In this document: positions 1 through 9,800 of the stretch, piece after piece | Numbering within the stretch: the first letter of the stretch is position 1 | Layout of the letters: each line of letters opens with the position of its first letter | Assembly (NCBI GenBank): GCA_047495785.1 | Contig: JBLDXI010000023.1 | Span: forward strand, 124,001-188,000 | DNA from: Lepidodermella squamata | Lineage: Eukaryota > Animalia > Gastrotricha | Direction: 5' to 3' | Length of the DNA: 64,000 bases | Position numbers and translations under genes: made by a program | The notes under the pieces: model-generated | What the model was told of the DNA's origin: nothing | Databases searched by the model: none | Seen by the model: only the letters and a program-made list of their open reading frames with translations

Positions 1-1354
1 GCCAAAAACGTGATGAATTGAGCAGACAGAGCTAAGCCGAAAGTCTTTAGATATAGAAATTGGCTAAAAACACCACGAATGATGATTCTTGCGACTACAA
101 AAATGATGGCCAAGCTATTTAGGGCTATGCCAAAAGTTGAAAAACCATAGATTATCATTGAATAGCCGAACGCGTCGAAAAAGACTGGTCGATGAGATTT
201 TCCAGCTGCTTTGCTGCCCAATCGACCATAATGCTTAACAGTTTCGTCATTTGCGAGAAATTTAGTGATGCCGTATATGTTGACACCAGCGCGTTGTATT
301 GTCCCATCCGGAATTCGGTCAACCGTGTCGTGGGGCGTGTGATACACGTAGCTATTCGCGTAGTAAGCAATGTCGATGCCAGGCCATCGAGCCTGCTCCG
401 TCCAAATGGTGTAGTCTGTATCTGACCCTACGAGACGAGACTGGTAAATCTCCTGGCCAAGCACAGTTCCAAATGGGTACTTTGCACCCTTGGAATACGC
501 TTCAATCAGTCGATACGTATCAGGACCAGGCCCGCCTTGGAACAGCAACTCTCGCCCGCCGCTACCAACTGCGTCCAAGTTTATGAAGGTTTTAATGTCG
601 CCGCGCCAAGGATCGGTTCCAGCAAAGACCTCAGCGCCCAACAGGCCTTTTTCTTCGCCTTCATTGAAGAGAAATATAACTGAATTCACAATCGGCGATT
701 TAGAGGACAGCATCGCTCGGATAATCTCCATCACGAGTGCGCAATTCAATCCGTTGTCACTAGCTCCGGGGCCCTGAAATGATAAAAGCGGTAACTGTTG
801 GAGAAGACCTTTTTCAAACATACCTCCTCTCCACTGTCATAATGACTATTTACAAGGACCGCAGAAATGTTAGTTCCATCAATGGGATCGATTCTTCCAA
901 TAATATTCGTAGCATTATACCTGTTACCCGTCGGATTTCTGATTGCAACTGAAAACTTGAATGGTGCATCGTCAGGCAACAGTCGAGACAAATTTGTCAA
1001 ATAATCCGTTATGAAGGCGGCAGTTTGCTGCGAGTTATTTGATCCAAGTGGCCTGATACCAAAACTGAAAATGTTGTACAGAGATTTTCTCGCCCTAGCC
1101 ATTACGAATTGATCCGTGTCAAGTAGGTAACTCTCTACGTTTTCAGCTGGTATTCCGAATTGTGAAGACGGGTCAGGGACCGAGGGGAGTCTGCGTGTTT
1201 CAAGGTGCGCTGCTCCGTAAGTTAGGAGAGCAATGGCGAAGATTGCCAGGAGGTGTAACCAATTGAGCGGAGCCGTATCTTCAACGGGCTGGTCAGTCAC
1301 CAAGTTGACGCCTTTTTTGACGTGCCACTTTTCTCGAGTCGAGTTATCCCCCAT
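1..1354 (-). CDS. M28 family membrane metallopeptidase (ERMP1/FXNA-like), 5' part; runs off window start
   Basis: Exon 1354-824, a 50-bp GT-AG intron 823-774, then an open frame from 773 to the edge. Spliced product has an N-terminal TM and the M28 motifs NSHYDS..GPGASDNG, FLFNEGEEKGLLGA, INLDAVG, SDTDY, YHTPHD, followed by hydrophobic TM segments. Confidence 0.9.
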
Positions 1355-1726
1355 TGCAGTAACAGTTGTAAATGAGCTCAATTAGGGAAGGAATAATTTC
1401 ATTTGGAAAGATAAGGAGGACTTTTTACTTTATGATGCGCGATTTTTGCTAAAATAATTCACCACCTGGGCATGTAACTCCGATACCGCATTCAAGGCCT
1501 CGACTTGCAGCGTGAATCTTATCTCCTTATCGAGAAAAGCATCAGCGATAAGCAGTCACGTTATCAGTCACGCATAGTTCGTGTGCGTACACTCAGATAA
1601 CAGATAATTCAGCGTCAATATTTCTAGAATCTTGAAATCATCAAGACATAACAATGAAATTAAATGGAGGACAACGAATTGTGATATCCTCCAAAGTGAG
1701 AGAGCCGTGTTGATCTGGAGATTTAT

Positions 1727-2530
1727 TTATTTAAGGGAAAGATACCCCAGCATTATAATGTTGAACGAAATATTGCAAACGCAGAAGAGAAAAAAGGCCA
1801 CAATGTCGATAACAATGAAGACTGGGACTGCCACCACTGCAACACCTGACTTTTCTATAAGCTTTATCGTGGAAAATCCTGCAAAAACCGCACATGATCG
1901 CAGAGTATGTCGAAGTAGCCATGGCGAACATGATGACGCCAAGGATGTAGAACGAATTTAAGATATGTTGGGGTGACTGAGGAACAGCGGCCGAGAACAG
2001 GCCTTGCAGAACGAAAATCGACAGCATAACTGAACAAGCGAATGCAGCTCGATCAGTCTCGGTGACCGGGATTCCGAACGCCGCGATTTCCAGAGTTGAT
2101 AAAAAGAAACTCGGCGCAAACATGTTTAGCAAATAGTATTCGGGCCTCCTCTTCAGAATGATTGTGAAGCTAGCCTGGCTTAGCCGGCCATGATTCGGCA
2201 CGAAAAAATCCTGTACTTCAATTTAGCCGGCCACTGGCTTGCCGGGTCGTTGACGTACTGGCTGACGCATGGCACGTGCCACAGCATTTGAAGAAGCCCG
2301 TTGAATGATAGCGATTCTTCAACGTCACTTATGCCGATAAATCTGTCGATTTGAAGTACGAGTAGCACAGGGATTGGCAGGCCTTCGAATTCGGTTGGCG
2401 AATTCGCACCTGGACCGATGTTGCAGTTTGCGTTCAAAATTTCAGCTGCATGCAAATTGCAGTGTAAGTGAGCTTGTCGGCTGTCGCCGGAAGCGGCAGG
2501 CATAGCCATAACAACAATAGAGAATTGCAT
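1727..2530 (-). pseudogene. Broken Cys-loop ligand-gated ion channel paralog
   Basis: N-terminal ECD (NCNIGPGANSPTE...) in ORF 2180-2560 and M1-M3 (KRRPEYYLLNMFAPSF...DRAAFACSVMLSIF) in ORF 1731-2201 match the neighbouring intact gene. Roughly 130 aa including the Cys-loop are missing, the frames differ, and the M4-like VIDIVAFFLF is in a different frame from M1-M3. Confidence 0.8.
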
Positions 2531-2903
2531 TTCAATTCCATAATCCAACTCGTTGTTCATTAGTTAAAATTGTTAGTAAGAGAGTTCGCAAGCTTTAGGG
2601 AAATAGATTATTAAAAAAATGATATGTATCGCTAAATTAAATGACGTCATTTCAGTAATTGAAAAGCCACCAGTCCCTTGGGATAGCTGCGAGGAGCATA
2701 CCTACAGGTATCCAGGGAGCTGTGATTATTTTATCTCAATCGACTTCACAAAGAATTTTTTCATTAAGCAAATAACCAGCGGCTAGCGGAACAGTATTTT
2801 GAAGATGATAGGAGGTCATCCATATCGACTGCCGTCTATCAACAAATCTACGTCTATCAACAAATTAACAGCAACACTGATGCTTTATTCAAAGCTCAAA
2901 GCA

Positions 2904-4067
2904 TTAGCGATTCAATAAAGTGTAGGCTATTATATTGGTTGTGATATAAATCAAAATGGTGATAACAAAAACAACAACATCAATAACAGCCCAAAGGGCA
3001 ATTCGCTTTTTCAAAAACCGCAATTTCAACGTTTTCTTGGCTGAATCTGGGAACAGCGTAATGAAGCCACACATGGCAGCCGAGTACATGACGCAAACGG
3101 TTGCTAAGGCGGTCTGCGACAAACTGTAAATCGCAACAACAACTGGTCGGGGCGTTTTCGGTAAATTCGCTTGGATGTTGTCCTGAAGGACGAAAATTGA
3201 CAACATAACGGTACAAGCGAACGTTGGCCTGTCGGGCGCTTCGGCTGGTATGAGAAATGACGATAGGACCAGCAAGCTTAGGATGACACTCGGCGCGTAT
3301 AGATTTATCAGATAATAACTTGGCTTTCTCGTGAATTCAAAAATGAAAACAGCACTCGCAAAATTTGAAGTCCCACCAGACGGGACTGGTCTAATCACTG
3401 AGATGCGTTTCGATTGATCATGCTCCCAGCCAGCATTCATCTTCAAAAACGTGTTATTGGAAGTTGTGAACGAAGTCTCAGCGATGTATGAATATCTGTC
3501 GCTTTGCAGCAGCAGCAAAACAACCTTGCATTGTTGAACGTCATACGGGAAATACATTACGTCTAAATTGCAGTGAGACGCGAATTTTCCATTAATCACA
3601 AACGACATAAGCCCTTTGTTGCTTGGCTGTATACGCAGCTCTCGAGCAAATCCATCGGTCAAGGCCGGGCTCGAAATTGAATTTGCGTGGTATACAGTCG
3701 GCCACCAGTACAAGTTCGGGTCTTCCTTGGTCAGTTCTTTCAAGTTCACTGGCCATTTTACATTACCCATTATGGAAATATTTCGATAGAGATTCGCCAC
3801 ACATGGCGACTCGTATTCGATCGCAAGTGCCACGTCCACCGTAAAAGTCTCGGCTACGTCGTCGATGCCGATGAGAATTTTCGGCTGCATTTTGAGGTAG
3901 ACCTTCGTCGGCTCGCCACTGTATTCATCCGGCGAGTTGACCGACGGGCCGATACGGCAGTTGGCTAGGATTGTCTCAGTTGGTTTGAAAGTCATGAAAC
4001 TCCTCTCGCCTTCCAGCGTTGCGCTAACAGCCGCGGCTGAAGCTACGGCTAACATCATTTGAAGCAT
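2904..4067 (-). CDS. Divergent intronless Cys-loop (pentameric) ligand-gated ion channel subunit, 387 aa
   Basis: Signal peptide, WWPTVY loop A-like motif, Cys-loop C-x13-C (CNLDVMYFPYDVQQC), pre-M1 RKPSYYLINLYAP, four TM helices and a very short M3-M4 loop. Confidence 0.93.
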   Translation of the reverse strand: MLQMMLAVASAAAVSATLEGERSFMTFKPTETILANCRIGPSVNSPDEYSGEPTKVYLKMQPKILIGIDDVAETFTVDVALAIEYESPCVANLYRNISIMGNVKWPVNLKELTKEDPNLYWWPTVYHANSISSPALTDGFARELRIQPSNKGLMSFVINGKFASHCNLDVMYFPYDVQQCKVVLLLLQSDRYSYIAETSFTTSNNTFLKMNAGWEHDQSKRISVIRPVPSGGTSNFASAVFIFEFTRKPSYYLINLYAPSVILSLLVLSSFLIPAEAPDRPTFACTVMLSIFVLQDNIQANLPKTPRPVVVAIYSLSQTALATVCVMYSAAMCGFITLFPDSAKKTLKLRFLKKRIALWAVIDVVVFVITILIYITTNIIAYTLLNR

Positions 4068-4626
4068 GATTTACTCATTTTAAAAACGAATGATTTTGGT
4101 TTGCTGTACTCGTGCAGAAATCAAATATTTGCCTCCAAAATATCCGATATTCCGGAATATTTTAATTGATGGATTACTAACCGGATGCTCTCCTTTTTTT
4201 TAATATTAGCAATCAATTTCAGGCAAGCCTTAATACTATCTTTTAACTGCGCTTTGGGATCCGCATGCATTTAAGCTGGTTTGATGGATTAAATCAAATT
4301 GAACACCAGTGTAATCTCGGATTACCATTTACTGAGAAACTGGTGATTAGGGAACAGGGAACATTCGAGAAATTCGTGAGTGAGTTTTGGACCAACTTTA
4401 TGTCTTAATTTTATTTGCACTGAGTCACTAAACGAAATGTGAGCTGTAACGTCTTGTTCCGCTTAGGCGTGTACTCCTTAGCTGCGTCAAGGGCAGTATT
4501 GATCCTAATCTACGAAAACACGGGGTGAAAAAAAACAAGACGAAGCTGTTTAAAATTGCTACGCAGTAGCTTCATGTTTCCAGTACGCCATCGCCGATGC
4601 GGCAGCTGATAATACGTCATTTTTCG

Positions 4627-4665
4627 AGAAAAACAGCAGCTGAAAAAATGTAACACCCTATAAAA
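4627..4665 (+). promoter_or_regulatory. Putative core promoter of PAN gene 1: CAGCTG E-box motif plus TATA box
   Basis: AGAAAAACAGCAGCTGAA at 4627-4644 and TATAAAA at 4659-4665; the same arrangement occurs upstream of the paralog at 55867-55906. Confidence 0.55.
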
Positions 4666-4731
4666 CCGCGCCTGTTACTGCTTCAGATTACCAGATAATC
4701 ATCCAGTTATCTAAATCTTCGGTACAACTCA

Positions 4732-5305
4732 ATGAAAATGCTGCGAGCTCTGGCTATTCTCTGCTTGGTTTCGATCTCCCTGGCCGCAGATACGATTCCA
4801 GATGGCTACAGCACGGTTGACTACCACTGCAGCGCGCCATACCAATCGTATTCGGATACAACGACTGCGGAAGACTGCGCCTACAAGTGCACAATTGAGG
4901 GCTCAAGCTGCGCTGGATTCGCCTTTTCCTCTGGCGCCTCGAAACCGTGCTACCTGCAGTCTTCATGCCAGGATCGTCTTCAAAATGTCCCGTCTAACAC
5001 TGTTATGTACAAAAAGAACTGGAGTAAGTGTAACAACAACTCGCAAAATGATAAGTACAATGACCTTTATTTTATATTCAGAATTTGCGGCCTACGACTA
5101 TGTGGCTTATTCATGTGGAGGAATTTATTCGATCAACAAAAACGTGACCAGCATCGTCGACTGTGTTGCCAAGTGCTATTCCGACTCGAACTGCAAAGGC
5201 TTCTCATACGCCGCCTCACTCGACATCTGCAACCTGTGCAAGAAATGTGTCGATACCGGCTCAACTCCGCCTGCTAAATACATGGCTTTCAAAGCAGCTT
5301 ACTAG
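4732..5305 (+). CDS. Small secreted protein with two tandem PAN/apple-like domains (about 171 aa, 2 exons)
   Basis: Exons 4732-5023 and 5082-5305 with a 58-bp phase-1 GTAAG..CAG intron. Signal peptide, then two repeats of C-x3-C-x5/6-C-x-G-F...C-x-L. Confidence 0.85.
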
Positions 5306-5692
5306 CGCCTCTAAGTTACAGTGATAACGGATAACGGGTTTTGAACTACCCAATGCATCTGCCCCCTAAAAATGGATTGTTGAAACTATTAAACCGGCTT
5401 GATTTAGGATAAAATAATCCTTTTGATTTTTTAAGACTTCTCTTATTGCATTTTTTAATAGCTGGAAGGAATTGAAAGCTGGTAACGCATTTTTAATTTC
5501 CTCTCGAAACTTCCACACAGTTATTCATTCATGCAAAATGTTGAAAACCTTTTTGAAAGCCAGAATTTTCTACTCACCTTAAACAAGTAGGTACACGAGA
5601 TGGAAAGTTGAAATTCTAGCTGGGTACTCATATCAGCGAAACATTTAACAGCACTTTAATGAAATTCGAGAAACGGCGCCACGTTGTCAGTG

Positions 5693-5744
5693 GCTCCGAA
5701 AGCGCAACAGCCAAGGTCGCTCCGAAAGCGCAACAGCCAAGGTC
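5693..5744. repeat. Perfect 26-bp tandem duplication
   Basis: GCTCCGAAAGCGCAACAGCCAAGGTC x2, directly at the 5' edge of the LINE-like remnant. Confidence 0.9.
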
Positions 5745-6800
5745 AAACGAATAATTTCGCAACTACCAGAAATGCTGAGACCCTACAAAAATTATTTTCC
5801 AGCCAATACATACAGAGTTTTATACAACTCGTACGCGATCAGTCATATGACGTTTGGAGCAGGCCTATGGGGCTTCAAGCTTCGCAGCTCCATGCCTCAG
5901 ATACATTTATTATTTTCAAAAACAGTTCTTAACCTACCGAGTAGTGCGAGGAACGAGTTGGTGCTCCGAGAATACTATATCGAGCCACCATTTATAACTC
6001 TATTGATAACAGCCTTAAAATATTATTTTTCCATTAAATTTCGAACTAATAACGCTTTATTGCAAGATAGCTTCAAAGTACTCGAGAATAATGACAGACT
6101 TTGCCGTCACGTGTATAAAAATCTCAAAGTTGAAATCGCCAAGGACAATTTTGAACGCATGTTTGACGCCTCTGAAAACGAGGTCGCACAAATCATTGAT
6201 GAATACAAGAATTTTCTTATCTTAAAAGACAAAAACAAAATCTTGGGAAACCTAACCGCTTTCTATTGCAACCAAAACCTATACTGCGATAAGCTTTTTT
6301 CTCGGTGGTCCGAATATTATGAGATTTTTGACATTAAAGACTCCCAAACCCTAGCCAAAATTCGAACAAACTCCCTATTTAAACCTTTTCAATACGTCAT
6401 GGGCGAACTAAAATGCATCTATTGTAACGTGCAATCCCTTGAACCTCTCAATCTTCTACTCCATCTTATCCTTCACTGTCCTGAAACTAATCATTGTACT
6501 TCTAACTTTAGAGATAAAATCAATCACGTTAACCTTCTAATAACTGCATTTCGTGATTGCAATAGCCAAAACGACTTGAACCTATCCTCCATGTTGAAAT
6601 TAGCTCTTAAATGGCGAAATGATTACAAAAACTATGTATATCCTAAGTGAATCTCATCTTTATCTCGCTATGACGCTCTCGTATACCTCTGTGAACCTCT
6701 TTTTTGGAGTCGATTACTTCGAAGTAGAATTATATGTTTTTGTGAAATTCCACTTATCTATTAATTGTAATTATATATACTTATACCATATGTTAATCTA
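5745..6800 (+). mobile_element. 5'-truncated non-LTR retrotransposon (LINE) remnant, ORF2 C-terminal part
   Basis: ORF 5772-6650 begins with a post-RT-like motif (LYNSYAISHMTFGAGLWG) and has a C-terminal CCHC-type zinc knuckle (CIYC...HLILHC). It is more AT-rich than host genes. Boundaries are approximate. Confidence 0.65.
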
Positions 6801-7162
6801 GAATACCTTTGTTTTTCCCCGTTCCACAAAAAAATGTAAAGAAACTACAATTGTAAATATGCTTGGTGCCCTCGGGCTGGCAGAAGAAAAAACTTGAACG
6901 GATTTTTGAATAAAACAAGAAAATTGAAAAATTGTCAGTGGATTTCGGATGATCACAAATCATCCGCAGATCGCAACAATTAATTGCGAAGGTGTCGCTC
7001 AGGAAGTGATGCTTTTTAAGCGACGCGCACATTAGCCTCTCGGCTTGCGTTCGGAATGCAAAAGGAAGGTGGTTGTCAGTTGTCAGCAAACAGGAAGCTA
7101 GCCGAGGTTTATAAAATAAAGTCTAGAAAAGATACTTCATCGCCATATTTTTTAGCCATACT

Positions 7163-9424
7163 ATGAAGTTTATTCAAGTATTATTTGCCACAGGCTTGTT
7201 CGCCGTTGCCACGATGGCGTTCAAATCTACGAGATTGCGAATCGATTTCATCACATCGTTGACACTCGATGCGAAACAGCTGTATGCATTGAGGACGGCT
7301 GCGAAACTAATGACCGACCGAGTCAACGGCCGCGGCGACATTCTGCACGACTACGCTGTCGAGTTCGTCTTCCGCGATGACGCGACCGGCTTCCAAGCCG
7401 TTACAAGTCTGATCGAGCTCGGCCGCGATACAACGAGCCTACAGTCTCCGATCATCGCCGGCCCCGGCATTTCTACCGGTTGCAAAGCCATCGGTCCAAT
7501 ATTGCATCACGTCAACACCATTGTTCTCTCCCCACTTTGTGTCGCGAATTTTCTCTACAACAACCCTTTGATGCCAAATCTGTTCATGGCCCTGCCAAGT
7601 GCGAAAAGCTTAGTCATGTCTATCCTAGCTTTCCTCGATCAAGTCGGAAAATGGCGGAAAATCGGCATCATGACTGCGACCAACGCGCAGGAATTCTCAT
7701 CTGCCTTGTTTTTATTCGACCAAGCGGCAGCAAACGGAATGAAAGTCCCTCTTTTTGATACCATGAATGAGGTAACCCCGGAGCTTATCGATAATATCAA
7801 ACAAACCGGAATTCGAATATTGGTATTACCTACAAGCAACAACACAATGGTTCCGCAGGTTCTATGCGAGGCTCATCGAGCTGGTATTCAAGGGCCTCGT
7901 TACGTTTTCATATCTTTCACACTGTCTTTCACCCTCAACCCACCAGCTGGCTGTCAAGCGTCTGTTTTGATGCAACAGGTCCGACAAACGTTTTACTTCG
8001 GAAATTCACCAAAAGCCCGCGATTACTCGACGGTCGCGGACCTAGGTGATACGCCGCAACAGTTCGAGGCATTCCTAGCTAATGCGACTCAGTTGAAACC
8101 TGAGGATTACTTGAATCCTTACGTATATTGGGACACGCTGTCGAGCATCATAATGGCTCTCAATGAAACCGAGCGACGATTAAAGTCTGAATACAACATG
8201 TCCTTGAAAGACTACCCGACGCAGCCTCAAAGAATTGCTGCAGTAGCCAGAGAAACGGTTCTAACAACAGAGTTCAACGGATTGAGAACAGGGAAAATGA
8301 AATACAGCACGGCTGGTGGGGTTTTGGGAGATAGCCGAGTTGTGACAAATTGGACACCACTGAACGGCCGGCAGCTGGTTTTCACCGTGTCACAGACAAG
8401 AAATTTCTCTTTTGAGCGCGAATGGCGGATTAATAGCTATGAAGTAACGAGCAATGCAAATTATTCGTGGATCGCTGGCTCGCCCCCGCTTGACGAGCCG
8501 CGAATTCGAAATATATCAACATCGGTCGAATTTTCTGTTTTCGTAGCAGTTTGGACGCTATCCATTGGAATTTCAGTCTTGATCATTTCCTACGGCATTT
8601 CGCTGATTGTGAAAAACAAGCTGCCTGCTCCAAGGTCGAATGTCGTCGCCCTGTTAGGATGTCTGACACTCAACTCCTCTGCGATTCTCCTCACTTATGA
8701 GCCTACGCCGGCTATTCAAGACTCAAGTTTCATGCTACTAGGCCTAGGTCTGTCTCTGATTTGCAGCATTTTGACAGCGCGCTTGGTTGTATGGAAAGCG
8801 AACACGAAGCCGCCGAGCAGGCAAGTCTCAAGGCTTGGATTTCGCAGCTTGGGCCCAACAGTAAGAACGTTCACGCCTGATCTTCGACTGACACCGATAC
8901 CACAGCTTCCGGATGACGAGCTTGACTCAAAAATCCTAGGAACCAGTATTGGCTTGTTTTCCATCAGTGGCTGCCTCCTGGTGGCATGGATAGCAATTGC
9001 GAATCCGATATGTCTAAACGTCCATGCTTCCGCCGCAACTTACGATTCTTCAACAGATACTATCGAGCAAATATGGGTTATGAGGTGCTCCATGACCTCG
9101 ACAAGTTTAGCCCTACTCGGCGCTGTTGGGGCAGTTGATATGGTTTTCCTTCTCGTCAGCCTCTTTTCAGTGTACGAATTGAAGCAAAAGCGGGGTTTGT
9201 ATCGCAGCGATTTCCTATCCACTGGCGTCTCTGTTGTGATTTTCGCTGCTCTGCTACCTGCTGGGCTGTTAATCGCGGTCATCCTCGGCAATGATACAAT
9301 CAGGCAGCGGCCAGCTATTAGCTTTTTGGTGTTGGTCTTGTCTCTTTCACAATTTTGTGCCATGGCTTACAAGCGCAAGCAGGATCCAGGCAGCAAAAAA
9401 TCACGGCCGAATTCCGTAAAATAA
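7163..9424 (+). CDS. Orphan class C GPCR, GABA-B-like architecture, intronless subfamily A (A1), 753 aa
   Basis: Signal peptide, ANF/Venus-flytrap motifs (ILHDY, IAGPGIS, GKWRKIG, CEAHRAGIQGPRYVF), PPLD linker with no cysteine-rich domain, seven hydrophobic helices with GABA-B-like N..LLG and LVAW..NP. TATAAAA at 7110. Confidence 0.88.
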   Translation: MKFIQVLFATGLFAVATMAFKSTRLRIDFITSLTLDAKQLYALRTAAKLMTDRVNGRGDILHDYAVEFVFRDDATGFQAVTSLIELGRDTTSLQSPIIAGPGISTGCKAIGPILHHVNTIVLSPLCVANFLYNNPLMPNLFMALPSAKSLVMSILAFLDQVGKWRKIGIMTATNAQEFSSALFLFDQAAANGMKVPLFDTMNEVTPELIDNIKQTGIRILVLPTSNNTMVPQVLCEAHRAGIQGPRYVFISFTLSFTLNPPAGCQASVLMQQVRQTFYFGNSPKARDYSTVADLGDTPQQFEAFLANATQLKPEDYLNPYVYWDTLSSIIMALNETERRLKSEYNMSLKDYPTQPQRIAAVARETVLTTEFNGLRTGKMKYSTAGGVLGDSRVVTNWTPLNGRQLVFTVSQTRNFSFEREWRINSYEVTSNANYSWIAGSPPLDEPRIRNISTSVEFSVFVAVWTLSIGISVLIISYGISLIVKNKLPAPRSNVVALLGCLTLNSSAILLTYEPTPAIQDSSFMLLGLGLSLICSILTARLVVWKANTKPPSRQVSRLGFRSLGPTVRTFTPDLRLTPIPQLPDDELDSKILGTSIGLFSISGCLLVAWIAIANPICLNVHASAATYDSSTDTIEQIWVMRCSMTSTSLALLGAVGAVDMVFLLVSLFSVYELKQKRGLYRSDFLSTGVSVVIFAALLPAGLLIAVILGNDTIRQRPAISFLVLVLSLSQFCAMAYKRKQDPGSKKSRPNSVK

Positions 9425-9800
9425 CATTTGCTAGCGCACTAGTCACTAGTAAACAGAGCTGAGCCGTAACATAAGAAAAAACCCGTCAATCGCAATAAAA
9501 TTAGTTATATTGTAGCTGAGGATACTAATGCATGCAAAGTTATTTTACAGTTTGTAGAAGCCAAGTAATATTCCAAGAGTTTTCTAGAGAACTCGGAAAA
9601 CTATATCTAGCATGCCAAGTCGAATATATCTTTCATGTATGGTAGCGCCTATTTACGCCAAAGTCTCGTAACGTATTCTTTACTGTGGAATTTATTACCG
9701 TTGTTGTGTTGGTTGTTAGAATATAAGTGTCACCAAGTTTGTCAAAAGTAAAAAACACCGGGCAAGAATCCGAATGATAGCGAGCCTACTTGTTCTCGTC

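Noticed and set aside
7163-9424. Assigning GABBR1/GABBR2 or nAChR gene symbols to the receptors in this window
   Set aside because: Architecture is similar but the sequences are too divergent and lack diagnostic residues; orthology needs phylogeny.
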